A program made the position numbers and the translations under genes. The notes beneath the pieces were generated by a model. That model had not been told where the DNA came from and did no database searches. It worked only from the letters and a program-made list of their open reading frames with translations. A DNA stretch of 63,984 nt, the filler included, from Octopus bimaculoides (lineage: Eukaryota), in NCBI RefSeq assembly GCF_001194135.2. It is 5 parts of 4 records of this genome, joined end to end, with 100 filler letters (N's around TTAATTAATTAA, not from the genome) between each part and the next. Parts side by side here need not be neighbours in the genome. Positions count along the whole stretch, not along the records: positions 40,288 to 59,647 come from NC_068984.1; positions 59,748 to 62,835 come from NC_068983.1; positions 62,936 to 63,984 come from NC_068982.1; 2 more parts are not named here. The stretch is one strand, 5' to 3'. Below are positions 53,590-63,984 of the stretch, in pieces (within the stretch, counting starts at the first letter, position 1; each line of letters begins with the position of its first letter).

Positions 53590-53703
53590 ATGAATTCTCA
53601 GGGGTGCGTATTATACACAAGGTTTAGGTTTTTCAGGTACAGCCTTCTAAAAATCCCCTGCGTATTATACTCAAGAGCGGATTATACTCGAGGATTTACT
53701 GTA
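53590..53703. mobile_element. Tc2/pogo-like DNA element terminus
   Basis: Repeated gcgtattatac(t)c motifs ending attatactcgaggatttactg|TA. No matching second end was found. Confidence 0.45.
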
Positions 53704-53989
53704 GTTACGTATAGATTTTACTGATTTCGCTAATGGAGCATTTTATGGTGTAGAAGCTGTAGGCTACAATAGGTTGAGATAAGGTGTTGATTGCCTTAAA
53801 CGTGTTCCTCGTATTAAGCTCATTATTTAGGAATATTATTATATTATCATTATCATCATCGTCATCGTTATAATGATTATTATCATAATCATCAACATCA
53901 TCATTTTTTTGTGTTGGTAAGACACCTTCATTTGCGCTCTGCTCAATGGATTGGATTTTGTCGAGTTCTGCAAAAATTTAATTACTATT

Positions 53990-54410
53990 TATGAGTCTTA
54001 TTGCGCGGAATTATTACTCAAGACGCAATGATTTTTATTTTTCTTTCTTTCGCATTCATAGAAAAAAAAGACATTTAGAAAATATTTCTTCGCTAGCCGA
54101 CATTCAATACAAAATGTCGTCCAGTCACGCCCCTGCAATGAAAAACACCATCTGCACAAGCAACACTGAAAATACAGTGTGTTCAAAAAGTCTCTCCGCA
54201 GTGAAGTTTTTCATCTTGCTCTTCACAATAGCGTTACTTCAAGACTTTTTTTTATGAACGGATTATTTTGAAGGGTCTTTGGCCACCAAGACAACCTGAT
54301 TTAACACCACCGGACATTTTCTTCTGGGGAGCAAGTAAAGGATGTGTACGAGAATCGCCCGAAAAACTATTAAATTCTTACTGCGGAGAGACTTTTTGAA
54401 CAGCCGATAT
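53990..54410 (+). mobile_element. Tc1/mariner-superfamily transposase remnant
   Basis: FYERIILKGLWPPRQPDLTPPDIFFWG (54280-54330) matches the WPPRSPDLTPxDFFLWG motif. Confidence 0.8.
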
Positions 54411-55050
54411 AATGAAATACATACATTTAAAAATGAATAGAATTGTGTTGTATTTGATAGATTTTGGCAAGTTGAGAATTCGTGCAGGAAAAACAATGAG
54501 AACAACAGCAACAGATAATGTTATGCACACACATACGCACGCACACATATACACACACACACACATACACACACATACACACACACACACACACATACCC
54601 CCCCACACACATACGCACACAGACATACACACATACACATGAGCACAAACTCACATACATGCACACATACACACACATACACACACACGCACATACACAT
54701 GCGCACAAACTCACACACACACACACAGACATATACACACACACGCACACACACACACGCGCGCGCGCGCGCATAATTTCAACAACATCAACGGGATATT
54801 TGTGTACGTATGTATATATGAGTGCAGTATTTGGAACTCGTGCATGTGTAGATTTCTTTTACGTGTGTATGTATGTTATTATTCAGTTTTTTCAACAACA
54901 GGGTATTTTTGTATAATATGTATGTATGTGTGTAAATATGTATGTCGTAATTCAGTTTTATTTCAAGACTTCTAACCAAAAGAGAAAGAACCGGATTCTA
55001 ACCTAGATCCAAGGCCCCTTCATTCGTTTTTCAACAATATCAACAGAATA

Positions 55051-55485
55051 TGTATGTATGTATGTATGTATTTATGTATGTATGTATGTATGTACATCAG
55101 GCATTCCATTCATTTCCCAGCTCAAAGGGACGATCCCCGTTCTATGGTCGGGTCAAGGCATAGAACGCAACCCCCAATATCAGCAGCGGGGCCCGACAGC
55201 AAATGCTGGTTTATCCCCGCCGCATCATGCTGGTTCCGCACCCCTTTGAGCAACATCAGACTCACTCATCCATCCACAAACACTCTCCAAGCTTTCCTAT
55301 CATTTATAAACTTTCTTGCCTCTCTCACTCCAACACTTCTAACTACCAAAGCCTCACTCCACCCATCTACACAAACCAAGGTCAGCCTCTGGTTCTGTAG
55401 CCTATCACTTCAGCCTTCATCACCCTCCTTACCATCTGCTCGTCATCCATTCTCTCCCTGTGGCCAAACCACCTCAACGTCAGTC
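55051..55485 (-). mobile_element. RTE-like LINE 3' end with (TACA)n tail
   Basis: Minus translation RWFGHRERMDDEQMVRRVMKAEVIGYRTRG*P, then a 3' UTR running into the (ATGT)n tract at 55051-55095. Confidence 0.75.
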
Positions 55486-56148
55486 TACGGGCATTGGTAA
55501 GACTACATTAATAACTAACGAAAGGATTGGTGTGATAAAGTTATTGACCGGAGTATGCCTATGGATACTAATAAGTGGCATTACTATATACTATCAATAA
55601 CAGTTGTAAATGGCGGTGGTCGTCACGCCAGCGTTTCTCTTCGTCGTCTTCGTCGTCACCGCTGTCGTCTGCGCCGTCACCTCTGTCGTCGTCTTCATCG
55701 ATGTAGTGATAACACTGGGATAGGAGTTAATGCCGGGGATAGCAATAGTAGTATTAGTACTCGCTGGTGGCAACGATAACGATAATGGACTTGACTGGTG
55801 TTGTTCGGCAAGGCGATAGCAGTGACTGTGGTGGTGAAGATGTTACTATAATAACAATGGAAGAGTGAGATCAATCTTGTACAGAGGCAATATCCGTAAA
55901 CAGAATAAACCGTGCGAAATAACTCACCCGACATCCTCACCATATACTTAGAATCTGTTTTCATTTCTCCTCTCATTCGCTTTCTCTTTTCGTTTCACCT
56001 CTTATTTTTCTTATACCCTTCAGCTGTGCTTCTATATATATCACTATTATTATATCTCCATATATATATTTGGTATCTAGCTATCTATATTAATGTGTAT
56101 TATTATATATACTAAAGTTTATTATAAACGCATATATANNNNNNNNNN

Positions 56149-56197
<49 letters not shown>

Positions 56198-56749
56198 CAT
56201 ATACACATACAAATATATATATACAAGCATACTTACATACACCTATATATAAGTATATATATGTACATCTATATATGTATATATATATAAATACATATAT
56301 ATGTGTGTGTGTGTGTGTATATATATCACGTATGTATATGTATTTATGTGTATATTTATATATAAGTATATACATACATGTGTATATTTACATATATAGA
56401 TAGTTAGACGGATAAATAGATGCACACATACACACACAAGTTTGTAATCAAACATCTATATAATTATGTGTGTGTGTACGCGCTATATATATATATATAT
56501 ATATATATATNNNNNNNNNNNNNNNNNNNNNNNNNNNNNNNNNNNNNNNNNNNNNNNNNNNNNNNNNNNNNNNNNNNNNNNNNNNNNNNNNNNNNNNNNN
56601 NNNNNNNNNNNNNNNNNNNNNNNNNNNNNNNNNNNNNNNNNNNNNNNNNNNNNNNNNNNNNNNNNNNNNNNNNNNNNNNNNNNNNNNNNNNNNNNNNNNN
56701 NNNNNNNNNNNNNNNNNNNNNNNNNNNNNNNNNNNNNNNNNNNNNNNNN

Positions 56750-56805
<56 letters not shown>

Positions 56806-57438
56806 GTGAAGAGGTGGCAAGATAAAAAATGAAAATTATAGTTTATTATTGAATTGTTCCGCAGTGAAAGAGTTATTTATTGATTTTTCTTCAGTTGATT
56901 TTCCATAGCAACAGGCGTATACCCAAACGGATAGAGTTACATACACGCACAGTAAAATATACTCAAACACAAACACAAGCGAAAGCACGAGTACATCTAC
57001 ATACGCATCTTCACATTTACAATCTATATAAAACCATATAAATCAATCAACATATAGACATATATATATATATATGCTCTCTTATGCTCACTCACAGGCG
57101 TTTCACGCACGCAAATATATCCATATAAGAGATATAACACAGGATTCCGTATTTAACTGCATGCCCAGATACACTTAGAGCGATCTATATAGCAACACAT
57201 TACTTGGATAGTTGATGTAAATACAATCATATACTTTGGCTGGCTGTCTTGTAGGAGCAGCGCGATAAATCAAATCTGCATGTATATGTATGTGCCAATA
57301 TTTATGCGTGTGAGTTAGTGCGCGCGCTTCTTTCTGTAAATATGATTACTTGTATATCTGTATATGTATGCGCATATAATCCCATAAACTGTATCTCTCT
57401 TTAAATTTACAAAAACGTACGTGCACAAACTCACAAAC

Positions 57439-57494
<56 letters not shown>

Positions 57495-57599
57495 ATATAA
57501 AGCAATCGTAATGCAGGCGTTAACTCAATTTTTGTATGTAGGACACTAAGTATTCATCGCTGAATATTGCAAATTCACATTAGAACACAACCATCCGCC

Positions 57600-58340
57600 A
57601 TCACTTGGTTCTTCAGGTAATGTGAGCTAAGTTCCACTGTACCACATTTATGTATCAATACGTACTCGCATTAGAAAATTCAATTTGATAGTTATATCTT
57701 AGATTTTCGACGTTGGTTACCATTGAGTGCCGCTTTTGGGAACGTGTATGATTACCAGATGAATATGTATGTATGGGCGTCTTTGAATGTTTTGAGTTTG
57801 AGATAGTATGCACATGTACCTCTATATGCAATTATTCCGAGAAGGCGTCAAGAATTATGTTTAAAAGGTAATATCTTTGCTATTGCTATACTTAAAAGTT
57901 TAAATAATCTTTGAAATGAGAAACATTCCTGTTAGATCGCTCATCTTCTACTGGTAAGATAGCATTATGCATTTCAGAATTCGTTTATGGGTTTTGGAAT
58001 AAACTGGCACGGGATTGTTTAGGTTTAATATGGTGTTTGAAATTAGCGAGTTCTTCAAGAATGCGCTAACTGTATATTTAGATTGTGTACGGAGCGTAAC
58101 TTTTTCTAAAAGCTGCTAATATTTTAAATTAAATTATTATCTTTCAGGAACAGAAAATTCTGAATCGATTTTGTAACGTTCTAAAGGTATAAGTGTGCTA
58201 CTAATACCCCAACTTAAAATTATTGGCTGTTGTGACAGTCACTATACAGATGCCGAATTTTTTCCTGGCAATCACTGCTGACAGAAACATGTGTTTTGTT
58301 CATAGCAAATGCGTACCCCTCCCAGTAGTAACGTATTCAA
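57600..58340 (-). pseudogene. Decayed N-terminal part of a secreted or membrane LRR gene: signal-like stretch, LRRNT-like cap and several LRRs (candidate)
   Basis: LLLGGVRI-CYEQNTCFC (58307-58281), frameshift, LYSDCHNSQ*F*V...SIQNFLFLKDNNLI (to 58127), SF*KKLRSVHNLNI, ASLFQNP, ILDAFSE*LHIEVHVHTISN (57855-57796) and AALNGNQ (57733-57713). Confidence 0.55.
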
Positions 58341-58478
58341 TGATCCCCAGAGTTTAAAAGTACATCTTGATATGTAAAAGAGAAATCATGGAACTTATAC
58401 CACATTAACTGCAATGTGAATATGCAATGTGAATATGCAATATCTTGCAATTAATGAATATATTTGTGTGCACGCGCA

Positions 58479-58512
<34 letters not shown>

Positions 58513-59610
58513 CGTGCATGATAGCAGATACGAGAGGCTTATATTTCCGCTCAAGCTATTTGAAGTAGCATAATTTCAATTTCTCTAAAATCTCTAGCAT
58601 CTTCAAACGAAATGACACATAGGATGATATATTCCTAGATACACTTTGTGAAACGCTTTTGATCATAAATCTGATGGACGAAGGAGTTTCTTTGCGGTCC
58701 CTTGTCCTATTTGATATCACAACAGAATCTCATTAAAATAACAACTATACACAGTTCAAAAGAAGCGCATATGCAATAATGTAGATCTATACACAATCTG
58801 TCTGGATAAAAAAAAATACAAAGCCCTTAGTTGAAGGTATGTTGGATCAGAGTTGACCATCAGATAATATAGACAAGAAAACATTGGTATTATTCCAGAA
58901 GGAATAAAATGGTGTAAAACAATGCAATCATTTCATCGGGAAAATAAGGAAACCGAACACATCAATGAGACATTTTAACAGAATGTGATGAGTGCGTATA
59001 ATTTTTGTAAAACCGTTAGTAGATACAACGTCAAGGTAGTTTATAGAAAGAGAAAGAGGGGAAAGAAAGAAATTAGCAGAAAACTAATATAGAGAGATAC
59101 AGAGCGATAGGTGAACTAGAATAAAGCTTAAAGGAATTAGACATATTTAGCGGAAGTAAGGGACACTTGACAGAAATTTGAAAATGCATTTTAAGACTTC
59201 TAAATTACGTTTGACAATTGAATTTTAAGGAAGTGTATTTAGAGTGAACCGCAACGAAGACGAAGCAATATGCGCACGTGCTGGAACGGAACGTGTATTG
59301 TATGAATATATGTGTGTGTATGAGACAGTGTATGTACACTTCTATATGTATGTATATACATACACTCATACATATATATGTGTGTGTGCGCGCATGTTAG
59401 TGTAGTTGAAGAAGTCGAGTGTCCATATGCAGACGGCAATATTTGAATATTTCCATAGCATTAAATCAAACCAAACGTATTAATGGGCATATATAATGCT
59501 AAATACTTTCTTTTAAACGTGATACTAGTCGCATATGCATCTATATATAACGTACTCAGATACACATGCGCATATATACTCAATCAGTCATACGTGTGTA
59601 CGAGTATTTA

Positions 59611-59647
<37 letters not shown>

Positions 59648-59789
59648 NNNNNNNNNNNNNNNNNNNNNNNNNNNNNNNNNNNNNNNNNNNNTTAATTAAT
59701 TAANNNNNNNNNNNNNNNNNNNNNNNNNNNNNNNNNNNNNNNNNNNNTATACATATACATACATACATATGTGTTGTCGCTTTGGTAAC

Positions 59790-60110
59790 ATGTAACCCAG
59801 TACAACCTGTTGCATGGTCGGGTCGTCCGCGACTAAACTGGCAGCTCCATCTGGTGAGGACGGTGATTGCTGGACATCCTGCAGGACGAAAAATAATACC
59901 TGTTAAAGGTCGGCAGGGCTCATGAGCAGTCAATGACCATCCAACAATATGTGCACATGTGTATATATGCACGTTTCTATGTGTGTGGACGTGAAAATAC
60001 CTGGGCTGATCTCCAGGTTCGCAGTTGACCCACTGGGAGCGGGAGGTCCCTCCGTTGTTGTCACAACATCTCTCTAGGAGAGGGAAACTCTGAGAGAAAA
60101 TCTGCAACAC
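59790..60110 (+). mobile_element. Probable RTE-like 5' region
   Basis: GC-richer block ending ctctctaggagagggaaactctg, resembling recalled RTE 5'-UTR sequence. No ORF support. Confidence 0.3.
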
Positions 60111-60319
60111 TGAGAATATTCAATGATGTAGATTAGTTTTTCTTTTCGAGTTTATGTTGTCCATGTTCAGAGTATGGGATTAGATTTGTACAAATCCTTT
60201 TCCCACTATAAAAGGTCATCATGCACAGGCATCGCTTGAAGTAGTAAAACCTATCACAAAATGGCTGGTCGTAGCCTTCGCATGTGTAGGACTTTCGACC
60301 AGGTGATGGCAATATATGT

Positions 60320-60385
60320 ATTATCGTTCACATAGCATTAATTTATACAAGTTGATTATTATATAGGTGCTATGTGAACGATAAT
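60320..60385. repeat. Perfect 18-bp inverted repeat (hairpin)
   Basis: attatcgttcacatagca (60320-60337) and tgctatgtgaacgataat (60368-60385), 30-nt spacer. Confidence 0.9.
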
Positions 60386-60819
60386 TTTAAGCCAAAATTG
60401 TTTGATATTTAACTTCATATATATTTATATTTGTGTATGTAAAACTGATGAACTAAATATAGTTTACGATGAAAATTTGCAATTTCATTTTTATTAAAAT
60501 GCCAGCATCTTTATACCAGCAGTACTTTTGAATGCAGTTCGCTTGCTTTAGCATTTGTGACTGTCAACTATTCTCACTTCGTTTCTTATTTTAATTTTCT
60601 TTTCCTAGCTTGACCGACAAGGTGCACATTGTATTTTATTGCATAAAAGATATAACCGGTCATCTAGTTTTCCGAAATAATTCTGCTACGTATTATACAA
60701 TTCAATTAATTCTTTAAATTTACTGATAGCGTTGACAATTTATTGTTAGATATATTTTTTCTCTTTGTTGGATTTTTTTTTGTATATTTTATCATTTAAA
60801 AATGTTAAAGCTAAAGCTG

Positions 60820-61130
60820 CACAATGCTTTGTTATTGAAAACTATTTCTAGAAAAAAGATTCCATGAAAGAGAAGAAAAAAAAATAGAAGCAAACAAGTG
60901 AAAGTTAATGACTGTCGTATCGAAGATGATAACACTTTTCAATACATTCGTTATATCTTACAAGAAGACTGATTAGAAAGAAAACGCAATGGCGGATGAT
61001 TAAAACGTCACGTAATTCTTGGTGCATCGATAATTAGTTTGTAGTTGCTGTTTATCATCAAAGAATTCGTCTTAATGCGGTGTATTTGCAGCAGAATATT
61101 TCAATCTCCAGACTATTGAAGATGACGGAA
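60820..61130 (+). pseudogene. Decayed LRR-like segment (weak candidate)
   Basis: KVNDCRIEDDNTFQYIRYILQED*LERKRN (60901-60990, N-to-F spacing of 10), LKLKLHNAL and RIFQSPDY. Confidence 0.3.
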
Positions 61131-61467
61131 AATCGCAATTATGATGTGTAAAACAGCCCGAGATCCTGCCCCCAAAATATTTAATTTGTATACATTCAAA
61201 GTGATTGGATTTGGTGAATGTTGTTCAACGGTGTCTATTAATTTCCTACGCGGCAAAATTATGAACATCATAGATACCTTTTCTAAAATTTTTATATATC
61301 AAAAACAAAGCTTTTAAAAATAAACAAGAACAATGTTCTGATTGGTTTGAGTGGATGGAGTATACGTTTCTTTGATATATATATAAAAAAAAAAAAACGT
61401 TGCAGATCTCTGAAAATTGTAACTCTCAAAGCGATATATTTTAATAATTTTTATAACCATATAGATG

Positions 61468-61625
61468 CAAGAGTAGTTGTGTGGTAAGTAGTTTGCTTAC
61501 CAACCATATGGTTCCAGGTACAGTCCCACTACATGGCACCATGGGCAAATGCCTTCTGCTATAGCCTCGGGCCGACCAAAGCCTTGTGAGTGGATGTGGT
61601 AGATGGAAACCGAAAGAAGCCCGTC

Positions 61626-61663
<38 letters not shown>

Positions 61664-62195
61664 ATAATAATAGGGATAAAAATCCAAAATTACAGGTAAA
61701 GACTCAATTAAAATCAATTTATTAAAAATTAAAATTAAATTAAGTTTCACAGTATAAAATATATGTGTTCTCTTCCCTNNNNNNNNNNNNNNNNNNNNNN
61801 NNNNNNNNNNNNNNNNNNNNNNNNNNNNNNNNNNNNNNNNNNNNNNNNNNNNNNNNNNNNNNNNNNNNNNNNNNNNNNNNNNNNNNNNNNNNNNNNNNNN
61901 NNNNNNNNNNNNNNNNNNNNNNNNNNNNNNNNNNNNNNNNNNNNNNNNTATATATATATATATATATATTATGTGTGTGTATATGTTTGTATGTCTATGT
62001 TTGTCCCCCACCACCATCGCTTGACAACCGATGTTGGTGTGTTTACGACCCCGTAACTTTGTGGTGCTGCAAAAGAATCCGATAGAATAAGTACTAGGCT
62101 TACAAAGAATAAGTCCAGAGGGCGATATGTTCGACTAAAAGGCGGTGCTCCAGCAAGGCAGCAGTCAAATGACTGAAACATATAAAAGAAAGAAA
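61468..62195 (+). mobile_element. SINE family A composite copy (left monomer 61468-61627, right monomer 61990-62195)
   Basis: Well-preserved gtggtaagtagtttgcttaccaacca...gcctcgggccgaccaaagccttgtgagtggat...aagcccgtcg, with tail aaggcggtgctccagc. Confidence 0.85.
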
Positions 62196-62227
62196 AATTA
62201 AATAAAAGATAAGAGAAAATTCGTATG

Positions 62228-62645
62228 CGCAGAAATGGTTGGGAGGTGAGAAAATTTAGTTCCAAACTACAAGGTTCCGGATTCAATGCCACTGCGTGGC
62301 ACCTTCGGTGATTGTTTCCTTATATGTAGCCCCGGGCTGATCAAAGAATCGTGAGCAAATTTAGTTGGCAGAAACTGACGGTATAGAAAGTTTTGTGTGT
62401 TTGTGTCTTTATTTTTGTGCTTGACCTCTCCCCCACCACCATCTGACAACCGCATTAGTTTGTTTATGCACCCCACCCCACCAAAAAAATAACTTTAGCA
62501 GTTCAGCGACAGACATTGATAGAATATGTAGCAGACATTAAAAAAAATTAAGTACTAGGGTCAATTCGTTCGACTTACGGTTTTCGGTTCGACGTCCCAG
62601 CATGGCCGCAGTCTAGTGATTGGAGAAAGTGAAAGATAAAAGATG
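62228..62645 (+). mobile_element. Degenerate SINE family A copy
   Basis: gtgagaaaatttagttccaaact...gcgtggcacctt...cccagcatggccgcagtc...aaagataaaaga. Confidence 0.7.
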
Positions 62646-63871
62646 AAGGTTAAAATCGATACCACACTATCGAGGATATCAATGGTACGAAATACTAACC
62701 TTCAAAAAAAAAAAATAATAATAACATTTCCTGATCTCCCAATCTGTCAGATCATAATTTAGGAATATTTTTTAGGAATATTTTTTTACCCACATATTCT
62801 AAATGTTAAAGATCCTTTAACATTTAGACAAGGTGNNNNNNNNNNNNNNNNNNNNNNNNNNNNNNNNNNNNNNNNNNNNTTAATTAATTAANNNNNNNNN
62901 NNNNNNNNNNNNNNNNNNNNNNNNNNNNNNNNNNNACGAATTAAATTAAGCTGGCGTGTGTGGAGGTAAAGCCTTACGGCAGAGATACAAGATTTCACAG
63001 GTACAGGGAGGAATATAGATGTTGCACGGACGGCGACCGAAACAAGAAAGAAAGGTCAGGCTTGGCCGAACACCGGTCACGTGGGGGGAGAAAAAAGAGA
63101 GAGAGAGAGTTAGAGGCAGAGGGACAGAAGAAATAAGGAGGGGCGAGAAAAAATGACAGGGACACAGTGAAGTGAAAAGAGGGGGGAAAGTGAGCAACCC
63201 TTGGGGATGGAATTTATAAACATTTAATGCATCGCTACGAGCGCTTCCCTAAATCACATTTCTTAAAATCACAGTTTCTTAAGATCACGTTTCTTAAGAT
63301 CACACACCGCCATCCTTATATAACTACCATTCCTTTCTCTTTTTGCATCACCTTCCCCTCCTGTCCACCAAATAGACACAGAAATACCCACATAACACAA
63401 TCGACCTTCTCAGTGGTCAAATGGGATAAACGGCCCTCTGTTAAACATCCATTAATGCTATATCACCTGAGGAAATTAATCTATGAAGATGATCTATCCA
63501 ATGCGCTCGGATACTACAGACTACACTGTAATCATCCCATATAAAGGAGAGAAACAGACAGAGTGGATAGTGCACAAAAATATATACATTTTTTTCGAGT
63601 GCATGGGTGTATACACATGTATGGAGGGATGTTTGTATGTATATATGAAGCAATTAACGAATGACTAAAGTAAAGGAGTTACGTAATGTATTTCGTCAGC
63701 TAACAGCTGTTTCTGCTACTCTGAGTCGAGTACTTATGCATCATTCTTAAGCTTCAGTGGAGCCATTAAAACATGTACATGCATTCATATATGTGTGAGG
63801 AATGTATGTACATATGTATGTGTACGTGTGCGTATCTATATACATACACGCACACATAAACACATTTATAC

Positions 63872-63942
<71 letters not shown>

Positions 63943-63984
63943 CGAGAGAGAGAGAGAGTGTTAGAGTGTACCTAATAGTTTAGC

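Noticed and set aside
54378-54916. His/Thr- or Cys/Val-rich ORFs resembling metal-binding proteins
   Set aside because: They are translations of degenerate (CA)n/(TG)n microsatellite.
25469-62891. Identical ttaattaattaa islands inside N runs (25469-25480, 40232-40243, 59692-59703, 62880-62891)
   Set aside because: This is an artificial six-frame-stop linker added during scaffolding, not biology. Contiguity across these points is uncertain.

Overview
AT-rich, microsatellite-saturated eukaryotic genomic DNA with roughly 7-8 kb of N gaps and four artificial TTAATTAATTAA scaffold linkers. The SINE families and repeat landscape look like octopus or another coleoid cephalopod (inference from recalled repeat families, not a search). 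I found no intact protein-coding gene, and most ORFs in the supplied track are microsatellite or N-gap artefacts. Recognisable content: three tRNA-derived SINE families; decayed non-LTR retrotransposons (CR1-group, RTE, Dong/R4 with RLE, Penelope-like GIY-YIG); and DNA-transposon relics (mariner/Tc1, Chapaev-like, hAT and mariner MITEs, possible piggyBac). The most interesting signals are: (1) much of the 'unique' sequence between repeats reads as heavily decayed leucine-rich-repeat (LRR) coding sequence on both strands, including one segment with a signal-peptide-like start and an LRRNT-like cysteine cap. This is manual pattern matching in AT-rich DNA and needs an HMM test against a null. (2) Penelope-type minimal hammerhead ribozyme motifs, two of them in a ~160-bp inverted repeat. 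(3) A CR1-group LINE whose two halves have the geometry of a twin-primed 5' inversion, with a Penelope fragment at the junction. (4) A SINE 3' tail matching that LINE's 3' end. (5) A perfect 18-bp hairpin of pre-miRNA size. (6) A near-identical 109-bp local templated duplication.
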